DNA from: an uncultured Planctomycetota bacterium
GTDB taxonomy: Bacteria > Planctomycetota > PLA2 > JAEUHO01
Direction of reading: 5' to 3'
NCBI GenBank assembly: GCA_963752285.1
Contig: CAVVXN010000002.1
Span: 448,001-512,000, forward strand
DNA length: 64,000 nt
The first letter of the stretch is position 1. Every line of letters starts with the position of its first letter. Below the pieces are notes generated by a model. That model made no database searches, was not told where the DNA came from, and saw nothing but the letters and a program-made list of their open reading frames with translations. The position numbers and the translations under genes were made by a program. Shown here piece by piece: positions 10,293-19,801 of the stretch.

Positions 10293-11546
10293 ATGGGTAC
10301 GACGAGATGGAAGGGCGGCCAGGCGGTCCCGTGGATCGCGCTCCTGATCGTCACGGCCTTCGCGATCGTCCTCCTCGCGCGCCGCGAGAGCCCCGCCTCG
10401 GCGGCGCGGCCCACGGCGGACGGCGCGTCGCCGCCGGCGTCGGGCCCCGCCACGACGGCGGCGCCGGCCCCCGCCGCGGCGCCCGCGCCCCGCGACGCGG
10501 CCGCGATCGAAAAGGCCGCCGCCGCGACGGAGATCGAGTACGACCGCGTGCTGCAGGACCTCGCCCAGGAGCGACAGCACGCGGCGGACCTCGCCCAGGA
10601 GGCCGCGGCCAGCCGGGCGCGGGCCGAGAGCGCCGAGGCCCGCCGCGCCGCCGCCGAGGCGCGGCTCACCGCGGTCGACGAGGCGATGGGCGCGGCGGAG
10701 GCCGAGGTGAAGGACCTGCGCCAGGCCCTCGACGCCATGGGCGGTCGCGTCGAGGGGCTCGAGGCGCGGCGCGAGGCGGCCGAGGACCCCGTGCGGCGCT
10801 GGCTCAAGGACGCGGCCGACCCCGACCCCGACCACCGCCAGCGCGCGAAGCGAGGCGCGGAGCGGGCCGGCGAGAAGGACCTCGCCCACCTGGCCGAGCT
10901 CGTGTCGAAGGACCCCGCGTATGCGGCCCCGGCCGCGACGTTCCTATCGTGGGTCGAGGCGTCCGACGCATCCGACCAGGCGACCGCGGCCGTGCTCGCC
11001 GCTGCGGACGCGACCACCGACCCGAAGGCGATCGTCGCCGCGCTCGGCGCCACGCCGGTGGCCCGGCCCGCGGCGGTCGCGCCGACGCTCTCGAACGGGG
11101 GCCCCGCACTCCGTCGCGCGGTGCTCGACGCCGTGCTGCAGAACGCCGCGCGCGTTGCCGACGACCAGAAGGCCGCCTTCGCGGCGCCGGTCGAGGGCCT
11201 CCTCGCCTCCGGCGAGCCCGACCTCGTCGCGCGCGCCGCGCGTCTCGTCGGGTACCTCCGTCTGGACGGGCTCGCCCCGAAGCTCGTCCCGCTGCTCGGG
11301 TCCGACGACGCCGCGGTCCGCGCCGGCGCCGCGTACGCGCTGTCGCGCGTGCCGGACCGCGCGTCCGTGGACGCCGAGGTGAAGGCGTCGCTCGCGACGC
11401 TCCTGGCGGCCGACTCCGTCGAGGTGCGCACGGCCGCCGTCCTGCTCGCGGAGGCCGTGCTCGGCGAGCGGGTCGCCTTCGACCCCGCCGCGCCGGCCGA
11501 CGCCCGCGCTCGGGCGCTCGACGCGCTCCGGCCGCGCCTCCCGTAG
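10293..11546 (+). CDS. Hypothetical membrane-anchored coiled-coil / HEAT-repeat protein
   Basis: N-terminal TM, Ala-rich coiled coil, HEAT-like LVPLLGSDDAAVRAGAAYAL and LLAADSVEVRTAAVLL. Confidence 0.65.
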   Translation: MGTTRWKGGQAVPWIALLIVTAFAIVLLARRESPASAARPTADGASPPASGPATTAAPAPAAAPAPRDAAAIEKAAAATEIEYDRVLQDLAQERQHAADLAQEAAASRARAESAEARRAAAEARLTAVDEAMGAAEAEVKDLRQALDAMGGRVEGLEARREAAEDPVRRWLKDAADPDPDHRQRAKRGAERAGEKDLAHLAELVSKDPAYAAPAATFLSWVEASDASDQATAAVLAAADATTDPKAIVAALGATPVARPAAVAPTLSNGGPALRRAVLDAVLQNAARVADDQKAAFAAPVEGLLASGEPDLVARAARLVGYLRLDGLAPKLVPLLGSDDAAVRAGAAYALSRVPDRASVDAEVKASLATLLAADSVEVRTAAVLLAEAVLGERVAFDPAAPADARARALDALRPRLP

Positions 11547-11574
11547 GGAGCCCGCCGCCGCCCTTGCTCGGCAC

Positions 11575-13683
11575 CTACACGTGGAGCCCGTGCCGGCGCT
11601 GGTGGAGCCACCAGCCCGCGCCGAGCCCCAGGACCGCGAGCTCCGCCGCGTAGAAGATCACCAGGCCGTTCATCACGCCCTGCGTGAACCCGTACGCGTG
11701 CAGGCCGATCCCGAGCAGGTTGATGCCCCACCACGAGAAGGCCACCACCCCGGCCAGCGCGACCGTGGCCATCGCGAACCCGAACGGCTTCAGGATGCCG
11801 CCGAGGCGCCCGTGGATCATCGCGAGCTGCCACAGCACGATCATCAGCGCGCCGTTCTCCTTGGGGTCCCAGCCCCAGAAGCGGCCCCACGACTCGTTCG
11901 CCCAGATGCCGCCGAGGATCGTCCCCACCGTGGTGAGGATCAGCGCGAACCCGAGCGTGCCGTAGGTCATCCCGTTCACGACGCGGAAGAAGCCCTGGTC
12001 CCGCTTCGCCAGCCCGAACACGCGGCCGAGCACGTATACGTGCGCGAACGCCGCGGCGAGGAGGCTCGCCATGTAGCCGAGCGCGATGCACGTGACGTGC
12101 GTGGACAGCCAGAAGTTCGTGTCGAGGACCGCCACGACCTTCTTCATGTTGTCTTCGCGCGTGATCGACTCGTAGCCGTGCGCCACGAGGAGGCCCAGGA
12201 ACCCCAGGAGGGGGACGAGGGCCAGCGCGATCCGGCGCCTCGTCAGTCCCTCGACGACGAGCCCCGTCAGCGCGGCGGTCGCGGTGACGAACAGGACGGT
12301 GTCGTAGAGGTTCGTCATCGGCGGGTGCTCGCGGATCAGGCAGCGCTCCACGATGCCCCAGATGACGAAGAGCGTCGTCCCGCCCAGGAGCCCGATCAGC
12401 GTGGCGTCGTACCACGGGATGCGCCGGCGGAAGAACCACGACACCGCGACGAACACGAAGAGCGTGAGGTAGATCCACTGCGAGTTCCCGAACGGGTTCA
12501 GCCGGAAGAGCTGGACCTCGCGCGGGATGTTCCGGTACTTGCCGATGTCGCGCGCGAGCGCCTCCGCGTCGCGCTCGAGCGTGCGGGCCCGGTCCGTGAA
12601 CGTCTTCGGGTCGCTCCGCGCCTCGTACAGGCCCTCGAAGTCCTTCAGCATGTCGAAGTGGCCCGCGACCGGGGGGAGGTCGGGACGTTCGGCCGCCTGG
12701 TAGAGGACCTCGTACGGCGTGAGCCACGCGTCGGCCTGCATATCGAGATCGCTGCCCGCGTCCTGCGCCGCCTGGATGGCCGCCATCCGCTCCTTCGAGG
12801 GCGGGAACACCGCGAGCGCGCTGGAGCTCCCCTTCGTCTGGAGCATCTGCTCGTACCCGTTCACGGCCGCGTCGAGCTCGGGGTGCTTCGGACCGGCGGC
12901 CTGCCGAAGCGCCGTCCGCAAGGCCTCGGTGATGCGCGGTGCCGCACGGACCAGCTCCGGGAACGAGACCTCGGCCTTCCCGCCGAGCTGCTGGCGGAGG
13001 ATCGGGAGGTCGGGGACGGCCACGGGCGCGCGGGCCCAGCCGATCCACGTCGTGAACTCCTCGAACTCCATCACGGCGTGGTAGAGCGTCACGATGCCGC
13101 CCTGCACCGGGTCGCGCTGCTTCTCCTCGATCTGGCCGTACTGGCGCGCCAGCGCGACCAGCCGGGTCCGACCGGGGGCCAGGAACTCGTACGCGTAGTA
13201 GTCGCGCTTCTTCTTCTCGACGGGCTTGCCGGACTCGTCGGTGAGGTGGCTCGGGTCGAGGCCCAGCGCGGTCAGCACTTCGTCGTTGTCGATCAGGAAG
13301 CACTCGTAGCGCCGCGCGGACTCGGGGAAGAACAGGCAGTCGAGGAGGAACTCGACCGGCCCGATCCGTCGGCCGTCCGGCGTCTTCACCGAACGGTGCT
13401 GCGCCATCCGCTCGAGGGCGTACGTGGCCATCGTGTTGAGCGGCTTGACGCGCCCGCCCTCCTGCACGGGGATCTCCGCGAAGAGGTCCACGACCTCGGC
13501 GGGCCACGCCGCGGGCCACGTGTGCGCCGGGGTCGAGGAGGTCGCGGCCGGGCCCTCGGCGGCGCGGGCCGGCGCGAGGCCCAGCGTCGCCGCCGCGACG
13601 CCGGCCGCGAGCAGCCCGCCCAGCAGGGCGAGCCGTCCGAACGGCACCCGGCGGTTCGGGGCGGAGTGGGTGGTGTCCCTCAT
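11575..13683 (-). CDS. ccsA: System II cytochrome c biogenesis protein CcsA/ResC
   Basis: WWD motif GGIWANESWGRFWGWDPKE, WLSTHV, GLHAYG, PVQEGGRVKPL periplasmic motif; ATG at 13683. Confidence 0.92.
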   Translation of the reverse strand: MRDTTHSAPNRRVPFGRLALLGGLLAAGVAAATLGLAPARAAEGPAATSSTPAHTWPAAWPAEVVDLFAEIPVQEGGRVKPLNTMATYALERMAQHRSVKTPDGRRIGPVEFLLDCLFFPESARRYECFLIDNDEVLTALGLDPSHLTDESGKPVEKKKRDYYAYEFLAPGRTRLVALARQYGQIEEKQRDPVQGGIVTLYHAVMEFEEFTTWIGWARAPVAVPDLPILRQQLGGKAEVSFPELVRAAPRITEALRTALRQAAGPKHPELDAAVNGYEQMLQTKGSSSALAVFPPSKERMAAIQAAQDAGSDLDMQADAWLTPYEVLYQAAERPDLPPVAGHFDMLKDFEGLYEARSDPKTFTDRARTLERDAEALARDIGKYRNIPREVQLFRLNPFGNSQWIYLTLFVFVAVSWFFRRRIPWYDATLIGLLGGTTLFVIWGIVERCLIREHPPMTNLYDTVLFVTATAALTGLVVEGLTRRRIALALVPLLGFLGLLVAHGYESITREDNMKKVVAVLDTNFWLSTHVTCIALGYMASLLAAAFAHVYVLGRVFGLAKRDQGFFRVVNGMTYGTLGFALILTTVGTILGGIWANESWGRFWGWDPKENGALMIVLWQLAMIHGRLGGILKPFGFAMATVALAGVVAFSWWGINLLGIGLHAYGFTQGVMNGLVIFYAAELAVLGLGAGWWLHQRRHGLHV

Positions 13684-15038
13684 GTCGCGCTCCCAAGCTC
13701 CACGCGCACGCGATGGTGCGACTGGCGCTCCAGGTACTTCACGAGCTTCATTACGAAGTGGATCAGCATGCCGATCGCGATGATCACGCAGGAGTAGAGG
13801 GGAACCCGATCGGAGGGGTTCGACACCACGGCGAAGTTCGAGTAGAGCCGCGAGCCGGGCGGGGCGTTCTCGGGCCCCCAGCCCGACTGGTAGAGCGTGT
13901 AGCCTTCGCTCCGCAGCGGCTCGTTCATCGTGATGTGGACCTCGCGCGGCGGGGAGCCGGCCTCGGTCTTCGTCACGAACGAGGAGAACCGCCGGGGGAT
14001 CATCGTGCCCGGGTGGTACTCGTGGACGAAGCGGTCGAGGTGGACCTGGAAGGGGAGGGTCCACCGACGCGGCCTCAGCTCGACCGTCCACTCCGCGTCG
14101 CCGAGCCGAACGCCGTAGGGCGCGGCCCTTGCGCTCACGAGCCCGCGGTGGGACGCACCGGTCGTACGCTCGACCAGGGTCACGCGCGCCCCGGGCGCGT
14201 TGTACAGGTTCTGGTCCTCCTCCGCCTTCGTGACCGGGGGACGCGTCTCGAGGGTCCAGCCGTCCACGGCGGAGGGGGCGGACGCGCCGACCCGCTTGAC
14301 CACCGCGTTCGTCGCGTAGCCCGAGACCAGCACGTCGAAGGGGAGGTCGGGGTGCGCGAAACGCGCCGTGCCGCCCTCGTTCGTCCACGAGAAGTCCTCG
14401 GCCGGGACGACGTACTCGCGCGCGGTGTGGTCCGGTCGGATCTCGGTGGTCGCGAGCTCCCAGCTCCGGAAGCTCACGTACTCGTCGGAGGCGTCGCCCT
14501 CGTAGAGAACCATCTGCCCGCTGGTCGAGAACCGGCTCTCGACCCAGGAGCCGACGAGCAGGATCACGATCCCGAGGTGGACGATGAACACGCCGAGCGT
14601 CGAGGTGCCCCGCCGCATGCGGAGCAGGCCGCCGACGATCAGGTTCACGAAGAGGAGCGGGAGGAGGAGCATGGCGCCTGGCAGCGGCAGCGGGATGTCG
14701 GCCCCCTGCGCGTACCGCACGAACGGGTAGACCGAGGTCGCCAGGAGCACGCCCGCCACGAGGGCGGTCCACGGGGAGAGCGTCCGGCGGGCCCAGTGGA
14801 GCAGGACGGTCCACACGGCCAACCCGGCCAGCACGACGCCCACCACCAGCGGGAGGAAGCCGGCGCCCCGGTGGATCACGAAGACCGAGCCGAAGTAGTG
14901 CGCCTGGACGTCGTAGATCGTGTGCGTGCCCTGGGCGATGGTGCCGAAGAGCGTCAGCAGGAGCATCAGGACGAAGAGGGCCGCGGCGAGGCGGAACGAG
15001 CCGAGGACCGCCACGAGCCGATCGAGAGGTCGTTGCAT
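13680..15038 (-). CDS. ResB/CcsB-like cytochrome c biogenesis protein
   Basis: LGSFRLAA..LLTLFGT, VFIVHLGIVILLVG (conserved His), LPFQVHLDRF, ITMNEPLR.EGYTLYQS; overlaps ccsA start. Confidence 0.85.
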   Translation of the reverse strand: MQRPLDRLVAVLGSFRLAAALFVLMLLLTLFGTIAQGTHTIYDVQAHYFGSVFVIHRGAGFLPLVVGVVLAGLAVWTVLLHWARRTLSPWTALVAGVLLATSVYPFVRYAQGADIPLPLPGAMLLLPLLFVNLIVGGLLRMRRGTSTLGVFIVHLGIVILLVGSWVESRFSTSGQMVLYEGDASDEYVSFRSWELATTEIRPDHTAREYVVPAEDFSWTNEGGTARFAHPDLPFDVLVSGYATNAVVKRVGASAPSAVDGWTLETRPPVTKAEEDQNLYNAPGARVTLVERTTGASHRGLVSARAAPYGVRLGDAEWTVELRPRRWTLPFQVHLDRFVHEYHPGTMIPRRFSSFVTKTEAGSPPREVHITMNEPLRSEGYTLYQSGWGPENAPPGSRLYSNFAVVSNPSDRVPLYSCVIIAIGMLIHFVMKLVKYLERQSHHRVRVELGSAT

Positions 15039-15064
15039 GGGATTCGGATCTCCGTGGGGTCCGT

Positions 15065-16279
15065 TCACCAGGACAGGGAGCGGCAGAAGGTCTCGAAGTT
15101 CGGCTTCTGGCCCTTCACGACGTCCGCCGGGCCCGTCAGCTTGACGAAGATCGCGCTGTCGGGGCGGAGCAGCACGAACCCGAGCATCTCGGCGGGGTCG
15201 ATCTTCTCGCCGCCCTGTCCCATCCCCGGCGTGTAGCTCCCGTCGATCGTGACGAGCACGCCCTCCATCCCGTTCGCGGTGAGGCGCGGCAGCGCCTGGA
15301 TCTCTGCGCTCGTGAGGGGGGGCTGTCCCATCTGCCCGCGCCAGCGGTTGAGGTTCATGTCGAGCCCGCCGCCGTCTCCGTTGAGCACGGTGACGTAGCA
15401 CTCCGTGTCCGAGGTGTCCTTCGGGACGTAGGTGACCTCGCGCATCGGCTTCGCGGGCTGCGGGAGCCAGGACGGCGGAGCGTCCCAGTGGAGCCCGCTG
15501 TCGCCCTCGCCGGCGGGCGGCATCTCCCCGGTCCCTCCGGGGAGGGCCGGATGACCCGGCGGCAGGTCGCTCGGGGCGCTGGACGCGCTCGCCATCGGTG
15601 CCCACGTTATCGAACGGGCGAGGGCGTCGAAGTGCGCTCGCTCCTGCGCGATCACGTCCGCGGGCCCGACCATCTTCAGGAAGAGCGCGGCCATCGGCAG
15701 CTCGAGGATCAGGCCCACCATCTTCGCGTGCTCGAGCGGCGCGGAGCCACCCATGCCGGCGTAGGCCCCGTCGAGAACCACCTCCTTCGCCGGCCGGCCG
15801 AGGATCTCGCCATCGGGCAGGTTCTGGACGGCCGCGTCCTCCTCCGGGGGGAGCCCCATCTGCTTTCGCCAGCGGTTCACGTTCTCGACGAGCCCGCCGG
15901 CGGCGCCGGGAAGGACCACGAGCGAGCACTCGGCGTCGGGCGATCCCGGGACCTTCCAGCTGCCCTTGCGCATCTCCGCCGGCGGCTCCTCCGTCCACCC
16001 CTCGGGCGTCGTCCAGGTCCACTCCCGACCGCCCGGGTCGCCGGCGCTCGCGTGCGGGCCCGCGGTGGCCCGGCCGAAGCGCTGGTCGCTCGACAGGCTG
16101 CTGGTGGGGGAGGACGAGGCGCTCGACCGCTCCCGGACGTCGTCGATCGTGTACGTCTTCTCCTTCTTGCCGCACGCGCCGAGGAGGGCCGAGAGCCCGA
16201 GGAGCACGAGCCCCGACAGCGCCAGCCGGGGCCGCGGGGTCGGGAGGGGGCGGCGTCGGGTCCGCGAAGCGTGCTTCAT
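15065..16279 (-). CDS. Lipoprotein with two tandem copies of an uncharacterised domain, first gene of the ccs operon
   Basis: Lipobox LGAC; repeats WTTPEGW..ENVNRWRKQMG..FLKMVGP and WDAPPSW..MNLNRWRGQMG..FVKLTGP; linker LPPGHP. Confidence 0.75.
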   Translation of the reverse strand: MKHASRTRRRPLPTPRPRLALSGLVLLGLSALLGACGKKEKTYTIDDVRERSSASSSPTSSLSSDQRFGRATAGPHASAGDPGGREWTWTTPEGWTEEPPAEMRKGSWKVPGSPDAECSLVVLPGAAGGLVENVNRWRKQMGLPPEEDAAVQNLPDGEILGRPAKEVVLDGAYAGMGGSAPLEHAKMVGLILELPMAALFLKMVGPADVIAQERAHFDALARSITWAPMASASSAPSDLPPGHPALPGGTGEMPPAGEGDSGLHWDAPPSWLPQPAKPMREVTYVPKDTSDTECYVTVLNGDGGGLDMNLNRWRGQMGQPPLTSAEIQALPRLTANGMEGVLVTIDGSYTPGMGQGGEKIDPAEMLGFVLLRPDSAIFVKLTGPADVVKGQKPNFETFCRSLSW

Positions 16280-16966
16280 GGCGGTGGCGACTCCGTTCTC
16301 CGACCCGCCGGGCGCCCGCCTCCGCCCGCGGCGCGCGCCGGGTCGGACCGCGCGGCGCGCCAGCCGGGAAGGGGAGGAGCGAGGGGGACGGAAGGCCGAG
16401 GATCGATCCGGGTCCGATGGGGCGGACCGCGCGCCGCGAGCGGCGCCAGGGGCCCGGCCGCGCGCCAGGGGCCGGATCCGGTTCGTGATGGTCCTACGCC
16501 CGTCGGAGACGAATCGCCGTACGATACCTCCGCTTCGGCCCGGGCTCCCCTCGGGAGACGACCGCCCGCCCCGCCTGGGACTGGGCCTTTGAGCCCTCCT
16601 CGCGACGCCGCACCATCCGCTGCGCGCGGCGCCCGCGATCCGTCCCGGAGGGGGCGACCCGGGTGCCGTCGGGACCCCTCTCTCCACGGCCCCTTCCGGG
16701 CCCCACGCCCCGCCATTTCGGGGGGGTGTGGCCCTCGGGGTGATCGTCCGATGACGCATTCTGGGTACCTACCGGAGGATCCGGGGCCGCTCCGTGCGGC
16801 CCCCGGATTGGGTCGGCCCTTCCCAAACTGCTGGTGAACAAGGGCTTGGGTAATTCGTCCGCGTGGTGCCACCCGGGGTGCGTCGCTTGCTAGGCCCTGG
16901 GGCAGGACCGGCAAAGATGAGTTCGGGGTCCGGAGGTCCGGGCCCCGGTCAGGAGCGGTACCCGGA

Positions 16967-17398
16967 GTGCTCACCCAGGCGGTCTGCCACGCAGCGAGGG
17001 CCCTCTCGTACCTCGCGTCCCACGGACGCGAGGCGGTCCTCGTCCGTGACCTGGCCGACCGGACGGGCATCCCCGGGCCGTATCTCGCAAAGATCGTGAA
17101 TCAGCTCTCCCGCAAGGGCCTGGTGCAGACGCAGCGGGGTGTCGGCGGCGGCGTCGCGCCGCTCCGCGACCCCGCCACGCTGACGCTCTACGACCTCTGC
17201 GTCGCGCTCGGCGATCCGATCGTCGAGACGCGTTGTCTGCTCGCGAACGCCACGTGCTCCGACGAGAGGGCCTGCCCCGCGCACGGCTTCTTCGTGGGGC
17301 ACCGCGAGAAGGAGCTCGAGTTCCTTCGCTCGACGACGCTCGCGCACCTGGCGGCCTTCGAGGCCGACCAGGAGAGGAGGGCGAAACAGACCGCTTGA
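16967..17398 (+). CDS. Rrf2-family transcriptional regulator, probably Fe-S binding
   Basis: wHTH IPGPYLAKIVNQL..GLVQTQRGVGGG; CLLANATCSDERACPAH (Cys3-His, IscR-like spacing); GGAG RBS before GTG. Confidence 0.92.
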   Translation: MLTQAVCHAARALSYLASHGREAVLVRDLADRTGIPGPYLAKIVNQLSRKGLVQTQRGVGGGVAPLRDPATLTLYDLCVALGDPIVETRCLLANATCSDERACPAHGFFVGHREKELEFLRSTTLAHLAAFEADQERRAKQTA

Positions 17399-17468
17399 TG
17401 GCCGAGAGTCCCCCTGATGGCAACCCGCAGGACGTCCGGGCTTTGGCCCGGGTCTGGAGAAGCAAATC

Positions 17469-18107
17469 ATGAATCGTCGCTGGCTCGCACCCCTCGCGCT
17501 CGGGGCCGCCGTCGTCGCGGTCTTCGCGCTGGTCGAGAGCGGCCGCTCCGCGGCCGCGGACGAAGGCGCCACGCCCGAGTTCGTCGGACAGACCGCCTGC
17601 AAGCAGTGCCACTTCAAGGAGCACAAGAGCTGGAAGAAGACGGTCCACGCGAAGGCGCTGGACCTCCTGAAGCCCGGCGAGGCGGCCGATGCCAAGAAGA
17701 AGGCCAACCTCGACCCGCAGAAGGACTACAGCAAGGATGCGACCTGCCTCCCGTGCCACACGACCGGCTACGGTCAGCCCGGCGGGTACCCGGAGGTCAA
17801 GGACGCCTGGAGCGAGGACGAGCAGAAGTGCGCGGACGTCAACGAAGGCGTCGGCTGCGAGGCCTGCCACGGCGCGGGCAGCCAGTACATCCCGTTCAAG
17901 AAAGACCACGACGGGGAGTACAAGCGGTCCGAGATCGCGAAGCTCGGCCTCAAGACGCCGGTCACCGCCGCGAACTGCACCGGCTGCCACAAGGCCGAGG
18001 GCAACCCGACGGTCGGGCCCGACTACAAGTTCGACTTCGAGACCATGAAGACGAAGCCGGAAGCCATTCACGAGCACCAGAAGCTCAAGAAGGACCACGA
18101 GGGATAG
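17469..18107 (+). CDS. Periplasmic tetraheme cytochrome c554-like protein
   Basis: Signal peptide; 4 CxxCH (CKQCH, CLPCH, CEACH, CTGCH); SWKKTVHAKA, KKKANLDPQKDY, GVGCEACHG, YKFDF, HEH motifs recalled from cytochrome c554. Confidence 0.88.
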   Translation: MNRRWLAPLALGAAVVAVFALVESGRSAAADEGATPEFVGQTACKQCHFKEHKSWKKTVHAKALDLLKPGEAADAKKKANLDPQKDYSKDATCLPCHTTGYGQPGGYPEVKDAWSEDEQKCADVNEGVGCEACHGAGSQYIPFKKDHDGEYKRSEIAKLGLKTPVTAANCTGCHKAEGNPTVGPDYKFDFETMKTKPEAIHEHQKLKKDHEG

Positions 18108-18113
18108 CAGAAA

Positions 18114-18139
18114 GGCCGCGCGCTTCGGGGCGCGCGGCC
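18114..18139. terminator. GC stem-loop right after the c554-like gene (terminator or mRNA stabiliser)
   Basis: GGCCGCGCGC-TTCGGG-GCGCGCGGCC 10-bp stem; no U-tract on the + strand. Confidence 0.5.
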
Positions 18140-18227
18140 CGCTCGACGAACCACGACTGACACCCGCCCGTCGGCCCCGGGCCGCGGGCGGGTCGGCCCC
18201 GAGGGTAGGGCAGGGGGGGACGCCGCC

Positions 18228-19787
18228 GTGTTTCGATCCGTCTTGGTGTCGGGCTGCCTCGTGGCGGCCTGGATCCTGGCTGGGTCCCTGGCCTGGGCCG
18301 AGCCGCCTTCGGCGGGCGCGGCGCCCGCCGCGCCCGTAGCGCCTCCGAGCGCGAGCGGGCAAAACGACGCTCCGCCCCCCGGCGCGGACGCGGCGACCGC
18401 CGCCGCCGCCGCCGGGGTCTCCGACTCTGCCGCGCCGCCTCCGCCTCCGAACCCCGCGGCGAACGCCGAGGCGAGCTACGGGGGGATCACGCCCGGCATG
18501 GTGGACCGCGCCGTGCACGCCGACGCCTTCCGAAGCGAGGCGCCGCTCTGGCAGGGCCAGGCGCGCCTGCGGTACCGGGGTCGCTTCACCTCGGAGGACG
18601 ACGCCTCCGACCACGACCTGTACGCGTACCTCAAGCTGAAGTACCGCGACGAGATGCTCCCGGGCTGGTCGGCCTCCTTCCACGGCCGGGCGACGCTCGA
18701 CATCGGAAGCTTCGGGAACCGCGACGGGTTCCATCCCTTCGACTCGATCACCGACACGTACGAGCACCGGCTGAACGGGCGGATCTACCACGCGTACGTG
18801 AACTACCGAAGCCCCCGGAGCCTGGTCGAGGAAGTGCGGCTCGGGCGGCAGTACTCCGACGTCGGCGAGTTCATCCGCTACGACGGCGTCCGCGCGACGA
18901 GCCGCCCCCTCGGGTGCGGTTGGTGGCAGGTGTCGGCGTTCGGCGGGGTCCCCTCGTACCTGTTCGACGACGGGCGCGAGGGCGACTGGACCGTGGGCGG
19001 GTCCGTGAAGGGCCGCCCGTGGCGCGCCACGGGCGTCACGCTGAGCTACACGCATGCTCACGACCAGAACGCCGTCTACGGCCACGTGGACGACAACTTC
19101 GTGGACCTGACGGTGGACCAGCGGATCGGCATGAACACGCTGGTCCGGGGCACGTACCAGCAACTGAACGCCGATCCCCGGGCGCTCCGCCTGATCTTCG
19201 ACACCTTCTTCCCCGCGCGGGACGTCACGGTGCGCGGTTCGTTCTACTCGGTGCTCTCCTCCCAGACCGAAGCCGTGTACGACTTCGACTACTACTACGC
19301 GGAGGCGCTCTCGCTCGAGCCGTACTGGCTCGGGACGCTGGCCGTCTCGAAGGGCCTCGGCGACCTCTTCACGGTCGAGGCGGGCGTCAACGAGCGCATG
19401 CTCTACGACCAGGCGGACGAGGGCACCTTCAACCGCGAGTTCACGGAGGTCTACGGGACCGTGGCCTCCTCCGACTGGCTGCTCCGGGACCTCCGCCTCG
19501 CGCTGACCGGCGAATGGTGGAAGGCGAGCGGCGACCGGATATGGACCGCCACGTTCGACCTCGACTGGCGCCCCTGTCCGGCGTGGCGCCTGAGGCTCGG
19601 CACCGACTACGCCGCGTACCGGTACGACCTCTTCACGAACTCCGAGCGGGTCCACGACCTCGGAGGCTTCGTGAGGGTCACGTGGCGGCCTCGCTCCTGC
19701 TGGGAGGTCGATGTCCGGCTGCGCGTGGACGACGACGACGACGGGACCTGGACGCAGCTCGACGCCGGGCTGACGTTCGATTTCTGA
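18228..19787 (+). CDS. Outer-membrane beta-barrel protein (putative porin of a porin-cytochrome complex)
   Basis: Signal peptide, Pro/Ala linker, many amphipathic aromatic-rich strands, VRLGRQY motif, C-terminal GLTFDF (terminal Phe); between two multiheme cytochrome genes. Confidence 0.8.
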   Translation: MFRSVLVSGCLVAAWILAGSLAWAEPPSAGAAPAAPVAPPSASGQNDAPPPGADAATAAAAAGVSDSAAPPPPPNPAANAEASYGGITPGMVDRAVHADAFRSEAPLWQGQARLRYRGRFTSEDDASDHDLYAYLKLKYRDEMLPGWSASFHGRATLDIGSFGNRDGFHPFDSITDTYEHRLNGRIYHAYVNYRSPRSLVEEVRLGRQYSDVGEFIRYDGVRATSRPLGCGWWQVSAFGGVPSYLFDDGREGDWTVGGSVKGRPWRATGVTLSYTHAHDQNAVYGHVDDNFVDLTVDQRIGMNTLVRGTYQQLNADPRALRLIFDTFFPARDVTVRGSFYSVLSSQTEAVYDFDYYYAEALSLEPYWLGTLAVSKGLGDLFTVEAGVNERMLYDQADEGTFNREFTEVYGTVASSDWLLRDLRLALTGEWWKASGDRIWTATFDLDWRPCPAWRLRLGTDYAAYRYDLFTNSERVHDLGGFVRVTWRPRSCWEVDVRLRVDDDDDGTWTQLDAGLTFDF

Positions 19788-19801
19788 GGGGGGGTGGCTC
19801 C

